This document shows, one piece after another, positions 56,751 to 64,000 of a stretch of 64,000 nucleotides of DNA; the stretch's first letter is position 1, and every line of letters starts with the position of its first letter. Under the pieces are notes generated by a model, which saw only the letters and a program-made list of their open reading frames with translations, was not told the origin of the DNA and did not search any database. The DNA comes from Coriobacteriales bacterium (GTDB lineage: Bacteria; Actinomycetota; Coriobacteriia; Coriobacteriales; QAMH01), in the NCBI GenBank assembly GCA_051876105.1, contig JBJEHN010000065.1:5841-69840 (forward strand). The letters are read 5' to 3'. Made by a program: the position numbers and the translations under genes.

Positions 56751-56869
56751 GCCCGTCCCCGCGCTTTTGGAAAACTGAGGGGGCCGCTCGGCGGTTGGGA
56801 GCGGCACGTTTCCTCCTGGTTGGTATTCTTGTGCGAATCAAGAACCCACTAGCCAGGAAGGAGAGCGCA

Positions 56870-57433
56870 ATGTCTCAGCTCACAGAGATCCGCTGGCACG
56901 CGCGCGCCGGCCAGGGTGCCGTCACCGCTGCCAAGCTGGTTGCAGAGACCGCCCTTTCCCAGGGTCGCTACATGCAGGCGATGCCCGAGTACGGCCCGGA
57001 GCGCGCCGGCGCCCCGCTCAAGGCCTTCACCCGCGTGTGCGACGAGCCCATCGAGGTCCACAACAACGTCACCAACCCCGCCATCGTGGTGGTGCTCGAC
57101 GACACGCTCCTGCCCATCGTCGATGTCACCGAGGGCATCCTGCCCGGCGGCAGCATCATCCTCAACACCAAGCTGAGCCCCGCCGCTGCGCGCGAGCAGC
57201 TCAAGGTGGGCGACGACATCACCGTGGCCACGGTGGACGCCTCTGGCATCGCCATCGACACCATCAAGCGCGACATCCCCAACGCCGCCATCGTCTCTGC
57301 CGTGATCAAGGTCACCGGCGTGGTGCCCTTGGATGAGTTCAAGGCCCACTTCGAGGGCTCCTTTGCCAAGAAGGAGCTGGTCCCGGCCAACATGGAGGCC
57401 ATCGACCGAGCCTTCGAGGAGGTGCAGCTGTAA
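56870..57433 (+). CDS. 2-oxoacid (pyruvate/2-ketoisovalerate):ferredoxin oxidoreductase gamma subunit
   Basis: IRWHARAGQGAVTAAKLLA-type block (EIRWHARAGQGAVTAAKLVAE). First gene of a four-gene G-D-A-B cluster. Confidence 0.85.
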   Translation: MSQLTEIRWHARAGQGAVTAAKLVAETALSQGRYMQAMPEYGPERAGAPLKAFTRVCDEPIEVHNNVTNPAIVVVLDDTLLPIVDVTEGILPGGSIILNTKLSPAAAREQLKVGDDITVATVDASGIAIDTIKRDIPNAAIVSAVIKVTGVVPLDEFKAHFEGSFAKKELVPANMEAIDRAFEEVQL

Positions 57434-57786
57434 TGAGCGCGAACACCAGCGCGGCCCCGCGCAAGTGGGACGTGAGCCGCGTCGACCAGCAGAGCTACAA
57501 GGTGCTGCCCTTGGGCGGCGTCAACCCCGACGGCGGCAACTCCGTCTGCTACATCACCGGCGGCTGGCGCAGCGAGCGCCCCGTGTGGGACGAGCAGGCC
57601 TGCAAGCACTGCCTGCTGTGCTGGGTCATGTGCCCGGACTCCTCCATCTTGGTGGAGGGCGGCAAGATGACTGGCATCGACTACGACCACTGCAAGGGCT
57701 GCGGCATCTGCGTCAACGAGTGCAAGTTCGGCACGCTGAAGATGGTTTCCGAGGCAAGCGCCCTGGCCGAAGAGGGGAGGGAGTAG
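57433..57786 (+). CDS. 2-oxoacid:ferredoxin oxidoreductase delta subunit (2x[4Fe-4S] ferredoxin-like)
   Basis: CKHCLLCWVMCPD and CKGCGICVNECKF. The ATG overlaps the upstream TAA. Confidence 0.85.
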   Translation: MSANTSAAPRKWDVSRVDQQSYKVLPLGGVNPDGGNSVCYITGGWRSERPVWDEQACKHCLLCWVMCPDSSILVEGGKMTGIDYDHCKGCGICVNECKFGTLKMVSEASALAEEGRE

Positions 57787-57789
57787 GGA

Positions 57790-58989
57790 ATGGCTGAGAA
57801 GAAGATCCTCTCTGCAAACGGCAACCAGATGGTGGCCGAGGCCTACCGCCAGGCCGAGCCCGACGTCGTCTGCGCCTACCCGATCACCCCGCAGACCACC
57901 ATCGTTGAGAACTTCGCCAAGTACGTGGCCCAGGGCCGCGTCCACACGGAGTTCGTTACGGTCGAGAGCGAGCACTCGTCCATGAGCGCATGCGTGGGCT
58001 CCTGCGCTGCCGGCGCGCGCACCTTCACCGCCACCTCCAGCCAGGGCCTGGCCTACATGGTCGAGGAGCTGCCCATCGCCTCCGGCCTGCGCCTGCCCAT
58101 CATCATGGCCAACGCCAACCGCGCCATCGCGGCTCCCATCAACATCAACTGCGACCACTCCGACGTCATGCTCGCCGCCGACTGCGGCTGGCTGATGTTC
58201 TTCGCGGAGAACGCCCAGGAGGCCTACGACAACACGCTCGTGGCCATCCGCGCGGCCGAGGACCACAGGGTCCTGCTGCCGGCCATCACCGCGCTCGACG
58301 GCTTCATCACCTCGCACGCCATGGAGCGCTGCGAGCTGATGGACGACGAGACCGTGGCCGCGTTCGTGGGCGAGCGCGAGGCGGTCTACCCGCTGCTCGA
58401 CACCGCCAACCCCGTGGCCGTGGGCAGCTACACCAACGCCGAGCCCCACTACGAGGTCAAGAAGTCGCAGCGCGCCGCCATGGAGGCCGCGCGCGGCGTG
58501 ATCAAGGAGTACGGCGACAAGTGGGCGCAGGTCTGCGGCCGCCCGTTCGAGATGGTCGACTGCTACGGCTGCGAGGACGCCGAGCTCATCGCCGTGGTCA
58601 TCGGCTCGTGCGCCGGCAACCTGCGCCACGTGGCCCGCGAGCTGCGCGCCCAGGGCAAGAAGGTGGGCGTGGCCCGCATCCGCGTGTACCGCCCCTTCCC
58701 GGCCGAGGAGCTGGCCGCCGCGCTCAAGGGCGCCAAGGCCGTGGCCGTGCTCGACCGAAGCGAGACCTACGGCGGCCAGATGGGCCCGCTGGGCCTGGAG
58801 ACCGCAGCGGCCCTGTTCAAGGCCGGCGTGAGCGTCCCGCTCAAGGACTACCTCTACGGCCTGGGCGGCCCGGATGTCACGCTGGCGGACATGCACCGCG
58901 TGTTCCGCGAGCTGGAGCTGCTGGCCGCAGGCGACGCCTCCGTCGACGCGGGCGTCGCGTACCTGGGTTCTGAGAAGGAGGGTGAGTAA
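57790..58989 (+). CDS. 2-oxoacid:ferredoxin oxidoreductase alpha subunit
   Basis: NGNQMVAEAY....DVVCAYPITPQT...ESEHSSMSAC...TATSSQGLAYM blocks. Confidence 0.88.
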   Translation: MAEKKILSANGNQMVAEAYRQAEPDVVCAYPITPQTTIVENFAKYVAQGRVHTEFVTVESEHSSMSACVGSCAAGARTFTATSSQGLAYMVEELPIASGLRLPIIMANANRAIAAPININCDHSDVMLAADCGWLMFFAENAQEAYDNTLVAIRAAEDHRVLLPAITALDGFITSHAMERCELMDDETVAAFVGEREAVYPLLDTANPVAVGSYTNAEPHYEVKKSQRAAMEAARGVIKEYGDKWAQVCGRPFEMVDCYGCEDAELIAVVIGSCAGNLRHVARELRAQGKKVGVARIRVYRPFPAEELAAALKGAKAVAVLDRSETYGGQMGPLGLETAAALFKAGVSVPLKDYLYGLGGPDVTLADMHRVFRELELLAAGDASVDAGVAYLGSEKEGE

Positions 58990-58990
58990 C

Positions 58991-59926
58991 ATGGCGAGCA
59001 TCAAGGAGCTTTCCGCCCTGCCCGAGCGCCTCTGCGGCGGGCACCGCCTCTGCGGTGGCTGCGGAGCTGGCATCGCCGTGCGCCAGGTCATGATGGGCGC
59101 GGGCGACAACGACGTTGTGGTCGCAAACGCAACCGGCTGCCTGGAGGTCTCCACCACGGTGTACCCCTACTCCAGCTGGAACGCCCCCTTCATCCACAAT
59201 GCCTTCGCCAACGGGGCAGCCACCTGCTCCGGCGTGGAGGCCGCCTACAAGGGCCTCAAGCGCGCTGGCAAGATCCCGGCCGACAAGGAGATCAAGTTCG
59301 TCTGCTTCGGCGGCGACGGCGGCACCTACGACATCGGCTTCCAGAGCCTCTCCGGCGCCATGGAACGCGGGCACGATATGGTCTACGTCTGCTACGACAA
59401 CGGCGCCTACATGAACACCGGCATCCAGCGCTCCAGCGCCACGCCCCACGGTGCCTGGGCCACCACGGCCGAGGTCGGAGCAGCCCAGCAGGGCAAGGAG
59501 CAGCGCCGCAAGGACCTCACCAGCATCCTGGCAGCCCACCACATCCCCTATGTGGCGCAGGCCTCCGTCAGCCACTGGAAGGACCTGGTCGCAAAGGCGG
59601 AGAAGGCCTTCAACACCCCCGGCCCGGCGTTCATCAACGTGCTCGCTCCCTGCCCGCGCGGATGGCGCATCCCCAGCGACCAGACCGTCGAGGTCGCCCG
59701 CATGGCTGTGCAGTCCGGCTTCTGGCCGCTGTTCGAGGTCGAGGACGGCAAGTGGAGCATGACCAAGATCAAGGGCGAGAAGCTGCCGCTGGTTGAGTTC
59801 ATGAAGCCCCAGGGCCGCTTCAAGCATCTGTTCAAGCCCGGCAACGAGGAGCTGCTCGAGCAGCTGCAGCGCGAGTGCGACGAGTACTACGCCTACATCG
59901 AGCGCCGCTGCGAGCTCGAGGGCTAA
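58991..59926 (+). CDS. 2-oxoacid:ferredoxin oxidoreductase beta subunit (TPP-binding)
   Basis: CGGCGAG, GGDGGTYDIGFQSLSGA and YDNGAYMNTGIQRS blocks. Confidence 0.88.
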   Translation: MASIKELSALPERLCGGHRLCGGCGAGIAVRQVMMGAGDNDVVVANATGCLEVSTTVYPYSSWNAPFIHNAFANGAATCSGVEAAYKGLKRAGKIPADKEIKFVCFGGDGGTYDIGFQSLSGAMERGHDMVYVCYDNGAYMNTGIQRSSATPHGAWATTAEVGAAQQGKEQRRKDLTSILAAHHIPYVAQASVSHWKDLVAKAEKAFNTPGPAFINVLAPCPRGWRIPSDQTVEVARMAVQSGFWPLFEVEDGKWSMTKIKGEKLPLVEFMKPQGRFKHLFKPGNEELLEQLQRECDEYYAYIERRCELEG

Positions 59927-59931
59927 GCACC

Positions 59932-59970
59932 AAAATGGGACAGTGGGGACAGTCCCCACTGTCCCATTTT
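59932..59970. repeat. REP-like repeat, family A, identical to the archetype at 13695
   Basis: Sequence aaaATGGGACAGTGGGGACAGTCCCCACTGTCCCATttt, 6 nt after the porB-like stop. Confidence 0.9.
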
Positions 59971-60197
59971 GGCTTGACCAGCAAGAGCATGAGCTGGAGA
60001 GGGGATGAGCCCGCCCCAGCGCCCCCGCAGGTGCGTACAGCCGTAAGGCTGGCAGCGGGGTACCACGTGCCGAAGAGCGGGCCTGCTTGCAGCGGGGGAG
60101 CGCCGCGGCTCGCATAGTATTCACGCTATTGGAGTGTTCACGCGCTCCGCTGGTTTTCTGCATGCACCCACTTACATACACGCTCGAGAGGAAGCCT

Positions 60198-63737
<3,540 letters not shown>

Positions 63738-63762
63738 GCCGCTGCTGAGCGCATACGCATGC

Positions 63763-63797
63763 GAGGGGCGCCCCCATGAGGGCGCCTCTCTTGCGTT
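63763..63797 (+). terminator. Intrinsic terminator candidate after nifJ
   Basis: Stem gagg(gg)cgccc...gggcgcctc with a 2-nt bulge, followed by tcttgcgtt. Confidence 0.5.
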
Positions 63798-63832
63798 CGG
63801 GGATGGCCGGCCCGGCCCGAAAGGTGCATTTA

Positions 63833-63922
63833 GGGGTGTTTTGTGGCACGAAAAGCGCGCTGAGGGGTGTTGATAAAAGTAGCCGCACCCCTCAACGCGC
63901 TATTCGGACCACAAAACACCCT
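63833..63922. repeat. Nested-palindrome repeat, family C
   Basis: Sequence gggtgttttgtggcacgaaaagcgcgctgaggggtgttGATAAAAGTAGccgcacccctcaacgcgctattcggaccacaaaacaccc. The two arms are near-perfect reverse complements. Confidence 0.75.
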
Positions 63923-64000
63923 TTGACGCACTTTGCGTGACAGCGCCTGTCCCCACTGCCCCGAACAGGGCGGGTACAATGGGGCGAACAGAAGAAGACG

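Overview
This window is the chromosomal replication-origin neighbourhood of a high-GC anaerobe. Taxonomy is inferred only: the synteny dnaA-dnaN-recF-gyrB-gyrA-tRNA-Ile-tRNA-Ala, a DUF721/DciA-like gene, and PFOR, rubrerythrin and HypAB suggest Actinomycetota, possibly Coriobacteriia. I call 57 CDS, 2 tRNAs and one lysine riboswitch. I also call a bipartite oriC, with DnaA-box clusters upstream of the dnaA operon and in the dnaA-dnaN gap plus an AT-rich unwinding candidate, and three parS sites near parAB. Coding strand bias flips at about 45.6-46.2 kb: mostly minus to the left and plus to the right, as expected around an origin. Most genes are ordinary housekeeping or central metabolism. They include tatAC, hypAB, mtnA, rlmL, pncB, ricT-holB-tmk, a two-subunit fumarate hydratase, perR-rbr, ahcY, mntR, mdh, rnhA, udk, an amino-acid ABC transporter, ALDH/ADH, gyrBA, rpmH-rnpA-yidD-yidC-jag-rsmG-parAB, rlmN, ddl, and two pyruvate/2-oxoacid:ferredoxin oxidoreductase systems. 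I found no CRISPR array, transposase, integrase, phage gene, or recognisable defence or toxin-antitoxin module. The less ordinary content is as follows. (1) A GHKL-ATPase/winged-helix fusion gene sits between the DnaA boxes and dnaA, and its stop codon lies 3 nt before the dnaA ATG. (2) A sharply bounded low-GC block of about 5.6 kb carries rsmG-parA-parB, a tandem-MarR gene, and a 1.85 kb gene-free stretch full of repeats and parS sites. (3) Three families of palindromic intergenic repeats occur. Family A is a REP-like 'GGGACAGTGGGGAC' hairpin. Family B is a MITE-like element of about 140 bp with covarying nested stems. Family C is a nested-palindrome element of about 90-170 bp. (4) A lysine riboswitch sits in front of an NhaC-family transporter. 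All functional calls come from motif recognition in the supplied translations. No database search was possible.
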